Positions 20,032-29,526 of a stretch of 64,000 nt of DNA are shown here, piece after piece. The stretch spans positions 6,578-70,577 of the forward strand of contig JAYVRW010000170.1 of the NCBI GenBank assembly GCA_043775925.1, written 5' to 3'. Under the pieces are notes generated by a model. The model ran no database searches. It was given only the letters and a program-made list of their open reading frames with translations, and was not told the origin of the DNA. This DNA is from Blastocatellia bacterium. Its GTDB lineage: Bacteria > Acidobacteriota > Blastocatellia > RBC074. A program made the translations under genes and the position numbers. Numbering within the stretch: the first letter of the stretch is position 1; each line of letters opens with the position of its first letter.

Positions 20032-20934
20032 TCAAGTTTCAAGAATATCGCTTTCGCTGGGGCTGACCGATGCAGCCTCTGAAGTAATGATTTGAATTGG
20101 CAAGATACATTTCAGGCGGTAAATACCAATTTTAATTTCGTCGTCAGCAGAAAATTCTCTGCGCTCCCCTTGCGGTAATTCACGACCTGCGACTTCGATG
20201 GAGTTACGACCTTCACAAATAATCGAGAATTTTTCGCCCTGCCGTTCAAGCGTAGCGTGCTTGCGGCTGATCTCGAGGTCTCCGTCAAGGCGCAGATCAA
20301 TCTGAATATCTTTGGCTCCGCGCCCAATTGAAATCGTAGTTTTATGACAAGCGAATGTTTCAACCGATTCGTTCGGACGCGCAAATTCAATGGAAAATAA
20401 AGCAGCACGCGGACGAACTACAGTGGAAGTTCCATCGCTGACTGGAGCCGCAATTGTTTCTTCATCTACGGTGGGTGGCAACGCAACAGGAGCTTTGGAT
20501 CGTGGCTTAACTTCAGTTTTTGGAGCAGAGCTATCCCACACCGGCTGCACACGAAACTGACCTTTTTCTAAAGTGCCGTCTACACGTAATTCGATGGCGA
20601 AACTTTTGGTTTGGACTTCTTTATCCCCGACGAGTTCGCGGGCGCGTTCCGACAGCACGTGAAATAAACCACGCTGTAAGCCATCGCGTTTGTCGCCTTG
20701 CCATTGCGCATCATCGGCTTTGCTCAAAAATACTAAATATTCACGAGGAATATAGGTCGGGCCACCGGGAGGCGTAAACATTTCGCGTTGCATGGCGGCT
20801 TCGACGTCGCGGGCGACATTGACCAGAAATTCTTCCCATTCACGACGGGCAGGCGCGGGTTCCGGTGCGAAAGAAGCGGCTTCTTCACCGTCCAGCCATT
20901 TTCTGAAATCTCCAATTAAATTTTTCAAGCCCAT
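20032..20934 (-). CDS. FhaA-like protein (DUF3662-type N-domain + C-terminal FHA domain)
   Basis: C-terminal FHA 'TISIGRGAKDIQIDL...ISRKHATLERQGEKFSIICEGRNSIEV'; start set at ATG 20934 with GGAG SD. Confidence 0.7.
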   Translation of the reverse strand: MGLKNLIGDFRKWLDGEEAASFAPEPAPARREWEEFLVNVARDVEAAMQREMFTPPGGPTYIPREYLVFLSKADDAQWQGDKRDGLQRGLFHVLSERARELVGDKEVQTKSFAIELRVDGTLEKGQFRVQPVWDSSAPKTEVKPRSKAPVALPPTVDEETIAAPVSDGTSTVVRPRAALFSIEFARPNESVETFACHKTTISIGRGAKDIQIDLRLDGDLEISRKHATLERQGEKFSIICEGRNSIEVAGRELPQGERREFSADDEIKIGIYRLKCILPIQIITSEAASVSPSESDILET

Positions 20935-20989
20935 ATTTTCTCCAAAATAGTAACTGAAAATATTCACGCCTTGAGGCGTAACTCTGAAC

Positions 20990-22564
20990 TTACCACAATC
21001 CACGCGATCCAACTTTTACCAGCTTGGCATCACCATTGACCCAACCTTGCTTTTGCGTAGTCGAATGCTCGAAGTTCGGACTCCAATCACTAATTTCAAT
21101 TTGAATCCAGCCGTTCTGATCTTTACTAATCACCTTGTGTTTGGAGCCATTCGGGACAGCGCCAAGCTTGTCGAATTTTGGTCCTGGCCCGGAGCGCACA
21201 TTCAAATCCAAAGCCAGTACTTCAATTTGTTCACCAAAGATTTTCGGTGGCGATGGTTTGGGAACACTGATCGTAGGCAACGTTTTGCTTGTAATACGAT
21301 GTTGACGAGCATATTGATAGACACCAATTAAAGCCCCAAGAAAGATTAATGCTAAAGCTGCAACCGTAATTCTGCGCCACATCGGAGCCATAAACGAATC
21401 ATTGACTTCGGAGGTTTTCTTGATCGGGGCAGGGACTTTTTGCGTTGACGGAGCCGGGACCTTCGCCACTTTTTCCGGTGACGGTAAATCAACTACGAAT
21501 TTACTTTTTGGTAAAGCCGGAATCGTCGCTTCGCCGGGAAAATTAGAAGGAGCCTTCTGAGGCACAGATAAAAAATCCGGTTGCTGTGGTTTTTCTGGCA
21601 ATGACTGCGGCTGCGGCGTGACCACTAACGTTTCTTTAATTTTTGGTCTGACGCGAGTGGCATTATCGTCCACAGCTTCCGCCAAAGGAGAGCTTTGAAA
21701 GTTAATAGCTGTCGCAGCTAATTCATGCCAGAACTCAACGACAGTAGCATAGCGTTCAGAGGGGTTATCCGCAGTAGCGTGACGCAAGACCTTCAATAAA
21801 GTTTCGGCGTATGGCTCTGACGCAAGGTTTACGGGCAAAGCAGTAATTGGGCGGCGATTAAACTCAGATGGTGTCCGTCCGCTGATGACAGTGTAAAAAC
21901 TCTTGGCTAATGAATAGATGTCAGCAGAAGCCGTTAAGCGTCCGATGTGATTGGTTGATTCGTCAGGATGATGCTCAGGCGGAGCGTAAATATCAGCTCC
22001 GACGCGAGTAATTTCCGCCGTATCATCACCGGAAATTTTTGCGACTCCAAAATCGGCCACTTTGAGAACTTTCTGATCGCGGCTCAGTAGAAAATTATTA
22101 GGTTTTAAATCTCGATGAATGACGCCTTTGCTGTGTGCGTAAGCCAGAGCTTCGCAGGCTTGCTTGAAATACGTCAGTCCGGTGTGAAGGTCAATCGCAT
22201 TGCCTGTACGATTGCGACAAAATCGCAGTAAATCTCCACCGGGCATATACTCTAACGCCAGATAATGAAAATGGACTCCGTTCAAATCAGCCGCCGTGCC
22301 GTGCCCTAAGCGCAGGATAATATGCGGATGACGAACAGCATCCAGAGCTGTAGCTTCATTCTGAAAATTTTCTAGTAGGGTACGCTCAAGATCAGCTTCA
22401 GGTGTGCCTTGCAAATGTGTATTGAGAGCTTTAATGACAACCTCTTCACTGCTTCGCTGGCGGTCTCGTGCGACAAAAATCTCCGCGTAGCTACCCAGAC
22501 TCAAGCGGTCTCGCACCTCGTAACGATCATCTACCAAACTGTTTTCGAGTTTAAGTTGGGGCAT
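20990..22564 (-). CDS. Hanks-type Ser/Thr protein kinase with TM helix and extracellular SH3-like domain
   Basis: 'HRDLKPNNFLL', 'DFGVAK', 'APPE' kinase motifs; TM 'ITVAALALIFLGALIGVY'; C-terminal SH3b-like. Confidence 0.85.
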   Translation of the reverse strand: MPQLKLENSLVDDRYEVRDRLSLGSYAEIFVARDRQRSSEEVVIKALNTHLQGTPEADLERTLLENFQNEATALDAVRHPHIILRLGHGTAADLNGVHFHYLALEYMPGGDLLRFCRNRTGNAIDLHTGLTYFKQACEALAYAHSKGVIHRDLKPNNFLLSRDQKVLKVADFGVAKISGDDTAEITRVGADIYAPPEHHPDESTNHIGRLTASADIYSLAKSFYTVISGRTPSEFNRRPITALPVNLASEPYAETLLKVLRHATADNPSERYATVVEFWHELAATAINFQSSPLAEAVDDNATRVRPKIKETLVVTPQPQSLPEKPQQPDFLSVPQKAPSNFPGEATIPALPKSKFVVDLPSPEKVAKVPAPSTQKVPAPIKKTSEVNDSFMAPMWRRITVAALALIFLGALIGVYQYARQHRITSKTLPTISVPKPSPPKIFGEQIEVLALDLNVRSGPGPKFDKLGAVPNGSKHKVISKDQNGWIQIEISDWSPNFEHSTTQKQGWVNGDAKLVKVGSRGLW

Positions 22565-22790
22565 AGTTTATGCTGTCATCCTGACTACATAAATTCGACA
22601 ACAAAATTCTTAGACGCACATTCTCTCACAAAACGTTTTCTATTCTTCACAAGTTTCTAAAAATGGATAGATTCTCTGGAAAATGGGTTTTGAGCTTTAG
22701 CTTTTGGTCTTTGAATATGTGCATTAATAACTTGTTGTATGGCATCTCTACAAAGACCTAAGTCCAAAGGTCAAATCCCGAATCTTTTAT

Positions 22791-24074
22791 TTAACTTAGA
22801 ACCCGCAAAACAATGGGAATATCTCTAGTCGAAGTTTGTTGGCGAATGTCATGCAAGGCGGCTTGCATTTTGCTTTCACGCACTTGATGGGTCAGCAGCA
22901 CGATAGTCGCTACGCCTTCTTTGGTGACGCCTTTTTGAACCAGTCCCAGCAGGCTAACGCCATGCTCTCCGCAGGCGAAGCCAAGATGACCAATCACGCC
23001 AGGGACATCTGCCGTTTCTAACCGGATATAATAAGCATTGGTAGTCTCTTCGATATTCGCAATTTCCGTCGTTACTGCATTCATCGCAGGTTGAAAATAA
23101 CGAGCAAAATCAGGTAGTTTCAACGCACTGACGAGATTGAAAATATCTCCGACGACAGCGCTGGCGGTGGGGAATTGTCCCGCTCCAGGGCCGGAAAGCA
23201 TGATTTCACCAACTGCGCTTCCATTGATAAAAATTGCATTGTTGACGCCCCCAACTCCGGCGAGTGGATGGTGCAATGGAACCAGCATCGGATGCGCACG
23301 TACATCAATTTGATTCTTGCCTTCGACAGGTTGGGCTAAGCCAATCATTTTAATCCGATAACCAAATTCCCGCGCCAGTTGAATGTCGAGATCACTTATT
23401 TTTGAGATACCCTGACGATAGACTTTTCCAACCTCTACTGGAGATTGGAAAGCGAGAGAGGCCAGAATCGTGATTTTATACGCGACATCATTGCCTTCCA
23501 CATCGTCCGTCGGATCAGCTTCGGCAAAACCTTTGGCTTGCGCTTCCTGCAAAGCATCGGCAAAAGTTTTTTTCTCCTGCTCCATCATCGTCAGAATGTA
23601 ATTTGTGGTGCCATTGACGATGCCTGCCACTTTTGAAATTCGATTGGCCTGCAAGCCGCGCTGCATCGTGGAAATCAGTGGAATCCCCCCACCCACAGCG
23701 GCTTCAAAAAATACGGTCACGTTGTGACGATTCGCCAGCTCGAAAATCTCTGGCCCGTGTTTGGCGATCATTTCTTTGTTGGCGGTAATGAGATGCTTGC
23801 CGTTGGTGATGGCGCGTTTGACGACCTCATAAACGGTTCCGACACCGCCTGCGACTTCGGCTAAGATTTCAATTTCAGGATCGTCAGCCAACTCAAAGGC
23901 ATTGTTTGTGACTCTAAAGGGTGCGAGGTCGAGATCGCGCGGTTTGCTGAGGTCACGAACAGCGATAGTGCGAATATCAAATTGTGGATTGTCACTGAGC
24001 AATTTAACGACGCCAGTGCCGACCGTACCGAGACCTAAAAGACCAATAGTTGTTTTCGTGGACATAACTTTCAT
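22791..24074 (-). CDS. hom: homoserine dehydrogenase with C-terminal ACT domain
   Basis: 'IGLLGLGTVGTGV' NAD-binding; catalytic region; ACT domain. Confidence 0.85.
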   Translation of the reverse strand: MKVMSTKTTIGLLGLGTVGTGVVKLLSDNPQFDIRTIAVRDLSKPRDLDLAPFRVTNNAFELADDPEIEILAEVAGGVGTVYEVVKRAITNGKHLITANKEMIAKHGPEIFELANRHNVTVFFEAAVGGGIPLISTMQRGLQANRISKVAGIVNGTTNYILTMMEQEKKTFADALQEAQAKGFAEADPTDDVEGNDVAYKITILASLAFQSPVEVGKVYRQGISKISDLDIQLAREFGYRIKMIGLAQPVEGKNQIDVRAHPMLVPLHHPLAGVGGVNNAIFINGSAVGEIMLSGPGAGQFPTASAVVGDIFNLVSALKLPDFARYFQPAMNAVTTEIANIEETTNAYYIRLETADVPGVIGHLGFACGEHGVSLLGLVQKGVTKEGVATIVLLTHQVRESKMQAALHDIRQQTSTRDIPIVLRVLS

Positions 24075-24269
24075 TTCAGGGGCTGAATTGAATTATCAAG
24101 ATCAGTTCAAATAAAGCAGAAAGAAAGTGCGAAGCTTAACCATCTCAGCGACATGATGCAATCAAAAAGGCGAGCAGGTCATCAGGTGAAGTAAAAATGC
24201 CAGATCAGAGATTTCTAATGAAGGCAAAATTGATTGTGATTTGACAGGGCTTTAACGCTGGGATAAAAC

Positions 24270-24830
24270 GTGAGAGGCGGATCGTTTTCCCCTCTACTTT
24301 CAAGTGAGATATTAATGAGAACAGTATTTGAAAATACCAATGAAACGGCAACTCGTGATGAAGTTAAATCCAGCGCCATTCCGGTCGTGTTATGGCTGAC
24401 TGCAATTTTATTTGTCGTCGGAGTCTTTGCTGTTTACCAGAGAGTATCGAAGCGTGTGATTCCGGCGCCTCCGCCTCCTGTCAGTCTTCGAAGCCCGAAG
24501 CAGGTGAACCGATTCTTTTACGAATTCAATGAATTTGTTCGTAATCAAAAATGGGATGAAGCGCAACAATTGCTCTCTGCCGGAGCAAAGCAAAGATTAG
24601 TAGACTCAAAACTGACTTTACACGATGCTTTGCTTGAGCAACGTAAAGGAAAGGATGACAAAGTATTGCGTGGTGAGCCTTCGATCGAGCAGCCGGAAAA
24701 CCAGCCGGATTATGTCAAGCAAAACAATGTTTACTTTTTTGACAAAAATGAAACGATCTATATTCCGTTGACGGTGGTGAAAGAAACAGTTGACGGAAAG
24801 GATCGCCTGGCGATTGATAACTGGAAATAA
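24270..24830 (+). CDS. hypothetical single-pass membrane protein
   Basis: TM 'IPVVLWLTAILFVVGVFAVY'; track start is GTG; an alternative ATG lies at 24315. Confidence 0.4.
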   Translation: MRGGSFSPLLSSEILMRTVFENTNETATRDEVKSSAIPVVLWLTAILFVVGVFAVYQRVSKRVIPAPPPPVSLRSPKQVNRFFYEFNEFVRNQKWDEAQQLLSAGAKQRLVDSKLTLHDALLEQRKGKDDKVLRGEPSIEQPENQPDYVKQNNVYFFDKNETIYIPLTVVKETVDGKDRLAIDNWK

Positions 24831-24851
24831 GTGCAGAAAAGTCCTGAAATA

Positions 24852-24890
24852 AAAAAGCGTCGAATGAGAAATCACTCGACGCTTTTTTAT
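24852..24890. terminator. bidirectional Rho-independent terminator
   Basis: AAAAAGCGTCGA-loop-TCGACGCTTTTTT between convergent genes. Confidence 0.6.
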
Positions 24891-24922
24891 TTGTTGTGCG
24901 ATTTCATCAATCGCGATCTCAG

Positions 24923-26146
24923 TTATTGATTGCTACGGCTACCAGATGACCGCGAAGTGTCTCCACCACGTCCGCCATCGCTAACACTGCCACGATCTGA
25001 TGATGGAGCAGGTTCAACTCGACTCGGTGGCGCTGAATATGATGGTGATGAGGAAGGCGATGAACCCCGATCATAATTACCACCTCGTGAATACGACGAG
25101 CTATCATCGGAAGAGCGCGAATAATTCGAGTTGCTGTTGGAAGAGGATGGTCTGGCATACGGCTCGACATTACGGCTTTGTACGTCAGTCCGGCTGGTTT
25201 GCACCCGCTCATCTCCGCGGCCAGTATTACTCACCCGTGACGGAATATTAGTTGCTACTGACCCGCCGCCATAATTCCCGCCAGTACTTCCATAGTACCC
25301 ATTACTATAACCACCAGGGTAGTAGTAACACATGTCGCAATTGTAGAAGCTACGATAGAAACCAAACCCATAGCCATTCAGGAAAAATCCGGAGGATGGA
25401 ATGAACGTATAGCTGTTCGATAAGGGATCATAAATCCAGCCTGAAAGCAGCGAATTGCGCGAACGTGATCTTTGCAGAACCGAATAATTGGCTGCCACCA
25501 GAGCTTCAGATCGCAGATAGCTCCATTGATCAAAAGCATCAAAAACTTTTGCGCTGAGTTTGGCGGTTTGTGGACTGCCATCGCCAATCAAGCGATAAAC
25601 TTTATTATTACCGATTTTGTTGGCACTACCGGAAAGCACTTGCTCACGTGTACCAATAAAAGCTTCACCACGACGAACGCTGATAGCGACATCAGTGCCA
25701 CTCACATCAAAGCGGTAAATACCAGCTTTGTTCAGCGTTACCACTGTGCGTGGCGTCCCGATTTCCAGCGGTACTTTTTTGTCAATTTCACCAACTTCGA
25801 GAATCGCTGAGCCACTTACAAGATCAAAGCGGGTATTATCCAGCGACGTGCGAATAGCTCTGACTTCAGTCTTCTCAGCCATTCGCAGGTAGGAACCAGG
25901 TGCGAGCAATAATTCAGCATTGCTATCAGCTCCGGTCACAATGGAATCGCCTTCATTCATTTGCGAACCCATTGAAGCCTTGCCTGTTGCTTCCAGACTA
26001 TTGCCAACCGAATTCATCGCAACTTTACCTTCGACGCGATTAATGAAACCAGCCTTACTGGAAATAAGGTACTGAGCTTGAACTGAGAAACTGAGCATTA
26101 AAAGTACTGCGGATAGCAGTGCATAACGGGAAAAATTTCTTTGCAT
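24923..26146 (-). CDS. secreted FecR-domain-like protein with Ser/Gly/Tyr-rich disordered C-terminal tail
   Basis: Start set at ATG 26146 (GGAGG SD) giving signal peptide MQRNFSRYALLSAVLLMLSFSVQA; roughly 130-residue low-complexity tail. Confidence 0.5.
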   Translation of the reverse strand: MQRNFSRYALLSAVLLMLSFSVQAQYLISSKAGFINRVEGKVAMNSVGNSLEATGKASMGSQMNEGDSIVTGADSNAELLLAPGSYLRMAEKTEVRAIRTSLDNTRFDLVSGSAILEVGEIDKKVPLEIGTPRTVVTLNKAGIYRFDVSGTDVAISVRRGEAFIGTREQVLSGSANKIGNNKVYRLIGDGSPQTAKLSAKVFDAFDQWSYLRSEALVAANYSVLQRSRSRNSLLSGWIYDPLSNSYTFIPSSGFFLNGYGFGFYRSFYNCDMCYYYPGGYSNGYYGSTGGNYGGGSVATNIPSRVSNTGRGDERVQTSRTDVQSRNVEPYARPSSSNSNSNYSRSSDDSSSYSRGGNYDRGSSPSSSPSYSAPPSRVEPAPSSDRGSVSDGGRGGDTSRSSGSRSNQ

Positions 26147-26300
26147 GGCGTCCCTCCGAGTGGCAACAGGTGATTGATTCGGGTTGCCTGAAAAAGCTTC
26201 ATCCAGAAGCACTTGGGTTGAAAGGGAAATACGGGTAACCAATATACTCCCTTCCTACTAATCATGCCAGTGATTTTGATGAGAAAATTTCAGGTCTGCT

Positions 26301-27041
26301 TTATGGAAGGATGGAATGCAAAAAGTAGTGTGTAACCGCGAATAATGCGACTCCTAGAAAAATCAGAATGGAAGGTTTCCAGCCACGTTCACGATTAACT
26401 TCCGGGATTAAATCAGAAGCTGCAATGTAGATCGTGGCTCCGGCTGAAAGAGGTAGCGCATACTTAACGGCGTTTTGTACCAGAGCTACTGAGAAAATCC
26501 CGGCAAAGGTTGCGACAGCAATTAAAAATGTGGCCTGAATGGCAGCTTTGCGCGTACGACCTGCGCTTAGCATGATTGAAGCGACAGTGAAGCCTTCCGG
26601 GACTTTATGCAAAAGCACTGCAATAAACAGGATTAAGCCTAATCGAAAACTAATCAGTAAACCGGAAGCAATGGTAACTCCATCGAAGAAAGCGTGGATG
26701 CCCAAGGCGAACACTGCTGTCAACGCTACACCCTGCCGCTGCATTTCTTCGTGGTGGACTTCCTCGCCAAAATGAAAATGTGGAGCAATCGTGTGTTCCG
26801 CGAACTGAATAATCAGGTAGCCGACTAAAAGCCAGATGAAAGCCTCGCTCCCACCCTGCTGAAAAATTTCAGGGATCGCCTCAAGGACGACGGCTGCCAG
26901 CATGTAGCCCGCCCCTAAAGCCAATAATTTTTTCAAGCGGTCGTGAGCGGTAGTTTTTGAGCGGGCAATTAACCATCCACCCAGCAAATTTCCTGCTGCG
27001 GCCATTAATCCGAAAAGTAAAAGTTGAGTCGTTTGAAACAT
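26301..27041 (-). CDS. zupT: ZIP-family divalent metal (zinc) transporter
   Basis: Eight TM segments; 'HKVPEGF' and His-rich '[12 protein letters not shown]' loop. Confidence 0.75.
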   Translation of the reverse strand: MFQTTQLLLFGLMAAAGNLLGGWLIARSKTTAHDRLKKLLALGAGYMLAAVVLEAIPEIFQQGGSEAFIWLLVGYLIIQFAEHTIAPHFHFGEEVHHEEMQRQGVALTAVFALGIHAFFDGVTIASGLLISFRLGLILFIAVLLHKVPEGFTVASIMLSAGRTRKAAIQATFLIAVATFAGIFSVALVQNAVKYALPLSAGATIYIAASDLIPEVNRERGWKPSILIFLGVALFAVTHYFLHSILP

Positions 27042-27260
27042 TGAAAAAGTATTAATTGCTCACCAAAGCTGCCAAAGATACAAGGAAGCCGGATAAATGC
27101 CAAGTCTGAGGAAAGAAATTCATCGCTGTCAGATGCCGGGTAGAATCTGAAAAAGGCAGCCACAGAAGGTTTTAACGCGAATTGCTCAGACACAGTTAAA
27201 TCAACAAGTTAGAGCAAGTAACTTGAAGCGAAAAATTAATGATAAAATATTGCAAATTTG

Positions 27261-27325
27261 CTTGACATCCCCAAATAGGTGACTTACACTGCGCTCATTC
27301 AGTGGAATGAAGTGGGTTAAAGTGG
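27261..27325 (+). promoter_or_regulatory. putative dcw-cluster promoter (TTGACA-17-TACACT) followed by three GTGG direct repeats at 10-bp phasing (MraZ-operator-like)
   Basis: TTGACA at 27261-27266, TACACT at 27284-27289; GTGGaatgaaGTGGgttaaaGTGGtaaga at 27301-27325. Confidence 0.4.
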
Positions 27326-27470
27326 TAAGAATTAGTAACTTAGAGATTCTGATTGAAGAACTACTTGAAGTCATAAGCGTTTGATTAGTAAGTGTTTAGT
27401 ATTGCTACTGAACAAATTAAGCGGTTCATAACTCCCCGAATTTAAATAACTTTCAGGAAAGCTATTGCAA

Positions 27471-27914
27471 ATGCTGAGAGGAAGCTACGCAGCGACAATT
27501 GATGATAAGGGGCGGGTGAAAGTTCCAGCGAGCTTCCAGCGATCTTTGAATGAGCAGTACGGTAACGTTGAATTTTACGTCACTAGCCTGGATGGCGAAT
27601 GTGCGCGAATCTACCCGTTGTCTGAATGGGAAATTATTGAACGCAAGCTGGCGTTACTTCCGAGTATGGACCCAGCCAAGCGCAAGTTTCTTGATCGGGT
27701 GAATTATTACGGACAGGTGCAATCTCTGGATGCACAAGGTCGCCTGCTGATTCATCCCTTGCTGAGGGGCGCAGCGGAATTGCTGGGTGAAGTGACAGTT
27801 TTTGGATATTTGAACTACCTGGAAATCTGGAGCGCAGATCGGTTTCGGAGTACGCGGCTTAATGTTGCCTTTACTGATGAAGACTCGGAAGCGATTGCTC
27901 GACTGGGAATTTAA
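27471..27914 (+). CDS. mraZ: transcriptional regulator MraZ
   Basis: '[19 protein letters not shown]' tandem MraZ-domain protein; first gene of dcw. Confidence 0.9.
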   Translation: MLRGSYAATIDDKGRVKVPASFQRSLNEQYGNVEFYVTSLDGECARIYPLSEWEIIERKLALLPSMDPAKRKFLDRVNYYGQVQSLDAQGRLLIHPLLRGAAELLGEVTVFGYLNYLEIWSADRFRSTRLNVAFTDEDSEAIARLGI

Positions 27915-27919
27915 GAATT

Positions 27920-28870
27920 ATGTTCCTATCAGCTCCTGATGAAATTCATGTTCCGGTCATGCTCAATGAGGCGCTCGAAGCACTCAATACGTCGTCGGGT
28001 GGATTATTTGTAGATGCTACCCTGGGAATGGGTGGTCATGCGGAAGCAATCCTGCGAGCTTCACCGAAGAATCGGGTTATCGGTTTTGATCGGGACGGGG
28101 AAGCTCTTGAGATCGCCAAAGACAGGCTGAGTAAATTTGGCGAGCGGTTTACTGCGATCCATTCTGATTATCGTCAGATCAAAAGTGCGTTACTTGAAAA
28201 TGGAGTTGCTGAGGTCAACGGGATATTGGCAGATTTAGGAATCTCCTCTTATCAGTTGGATACGCCAAATCGAGGATTCAGCTTTCGCTTTACAGACGAT
28301 TCCCCGTTGGACATGCGGATGGATCGCGGAGAAGAGCTAACCGCCGCAGATTTGATAAAAACCCTCAGTGAAAAGGAATTGGCAGATTTGATTTTTGAAT
28401 ATGGCGAAGAGCGTGCGTCACGCAAAATCGCTCATCGCATAGTTCAGGCAAGAGCTAGAGCGCCAATCACAACTACGAAGCAATTAGCAGCTTTAGTGAT
28501 TGGTGCGGTTCACCAGAAAGGTCACTGGAAGATTCATCCGGCGACTAAAACGTTTCAAGCCTTACGGATTGCAGTGAATCGTGAACTGGATGGACTCGGA
28601 GAATTCGTCGCGGATGCAGTAGATGTACTCGCCACGGATGGGAGACTGGTGATTATTACTTTTCATTCACTTGAAGACAGACCTATCAAGCAAGCTTTGA
28701 AATATCAATCAGGTTATTGCCTCTGCTCTCCGCAATTGCCTGATTGTCGCTGTGGCGCCAAGCGTCGGATTGAACTTCTCAACCGTAAGCCCATTCAATC
28801 AAACGCCAGTGAAGTCACCGCTAACGCACGTTCTCGAAGTGCGAAACTTCGAGCAAGTAAGAAGTTATAA
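27920..28870 (+). CDS. rsmH: 16S rRNA (cytosine1402-N4)-methyltransferase
   Basis: '[15 protein letters not shown]', '[10 protein letters not shown]' RsmH motifs. Confidence 0.9.
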   Translation: MFLSAPDEIHVPVMLNEALEALNTSSGGLFVDATLGMGGHAEAILRASPKNRVIGFDRDGEALEIAKDRLSKFGERFTAIHSDYRQIKSALLENGVAEVNGILADLGISSYQLDTPNRGFSFRFTDDSPLDMRMDRGEELTAADLIKTLSEKELADLIFEYGEERASRKIAHRIVQARARAPITTTKQLAALVIGAVHQKGHWKIHPATKTFQALRIAVNRELDGLGEFVADAVDVLATDGRLVIITFHSLEDRPIKQALKYQSGYCLCSPQLPDCRCGAKRRIELLNRKPIQSNASEVTANARSRSAKLRASKKL

Positions 28871-28936
28871 AGATTTGCTCGCCATTAATTGAAGACCCCC
28901 CGTTCTTCAACAGCCCGAATCGGAGGAATTATAAAC

Positions 28937-29500
28937 ATGACTTATCGTCCACAAATTCAAAATGGTCAGGTCGTCAAACGATCACGTCCTGCTTCATCAC
29001 AGCATTACAATAATTCGCCCCAGTATTCTGTGGCACGGCGCTATCCAGCGGCTTCAGCGACTGCCACCATGTCTCCAGCCTGGTCGGGAATTTCGTTTGG
29101 AGAATTGGCACATAACGGATTAGGCGTGCTGGGGCTGGACGAAAAAATTTCTACGACTGAAGCTAAGACACGAGCTGATGGCAAAACCATGACCCGTTTG
29201 GGGTTAATGGGAGGATTAATTAGTTGTGGATTATTGGTTGTGTCCGGGTTTGTCTTTAGCTTGCGGGATCATTTCAAGGCTCATGCAATGGGACGCGAAG
29301 AGGTCGGAATGCGCCGCGCTTTAGATCAGTCACAATCCGAACAGCGAGGGCTGGAATATCAATTAGGTCAAGCTGTCAGCCCGCCAGCGCTTGATCAGGC
29401 AGCCCGGCAATATGCTCTGTCTCCGGTAGAGCTTGACCAGAAAAATAAAGTAGTCGTTCCAGTTAAAAGTAGTAAAAAAACGGGTCAGGGTAAGCATTAA
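28937..29500 (+). CDS. ftsL: cell division protein FtsL-like (long cytoplasmic N-terminus)
   Basis: Position between rsmH and ftsI; single TM 'LGLMGGLISCGLLVVSGFVFSL'; ATG with GGAGGA SD. Confidence 0.5.
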   Translation: MTYRPQIQNGQVVKRSRPASSQHYNNSPQYSVARRYPAASATATMSPAWSGISFGELAHNGLGVLGLDEKISTTEAKTRADGKTMTRLGLMGGLISCGLLVVSGFVFSLRDHFKAHAMGREEVGMRRALDQSQSEQRGLEYQLGQAVSPPALDQAARQYALSPVELDQKNKVVVPVKSSKKTGQGKH

Positions 29501-29526
29501 CACAAACCTGAAAAGGCGAGGCTCCG

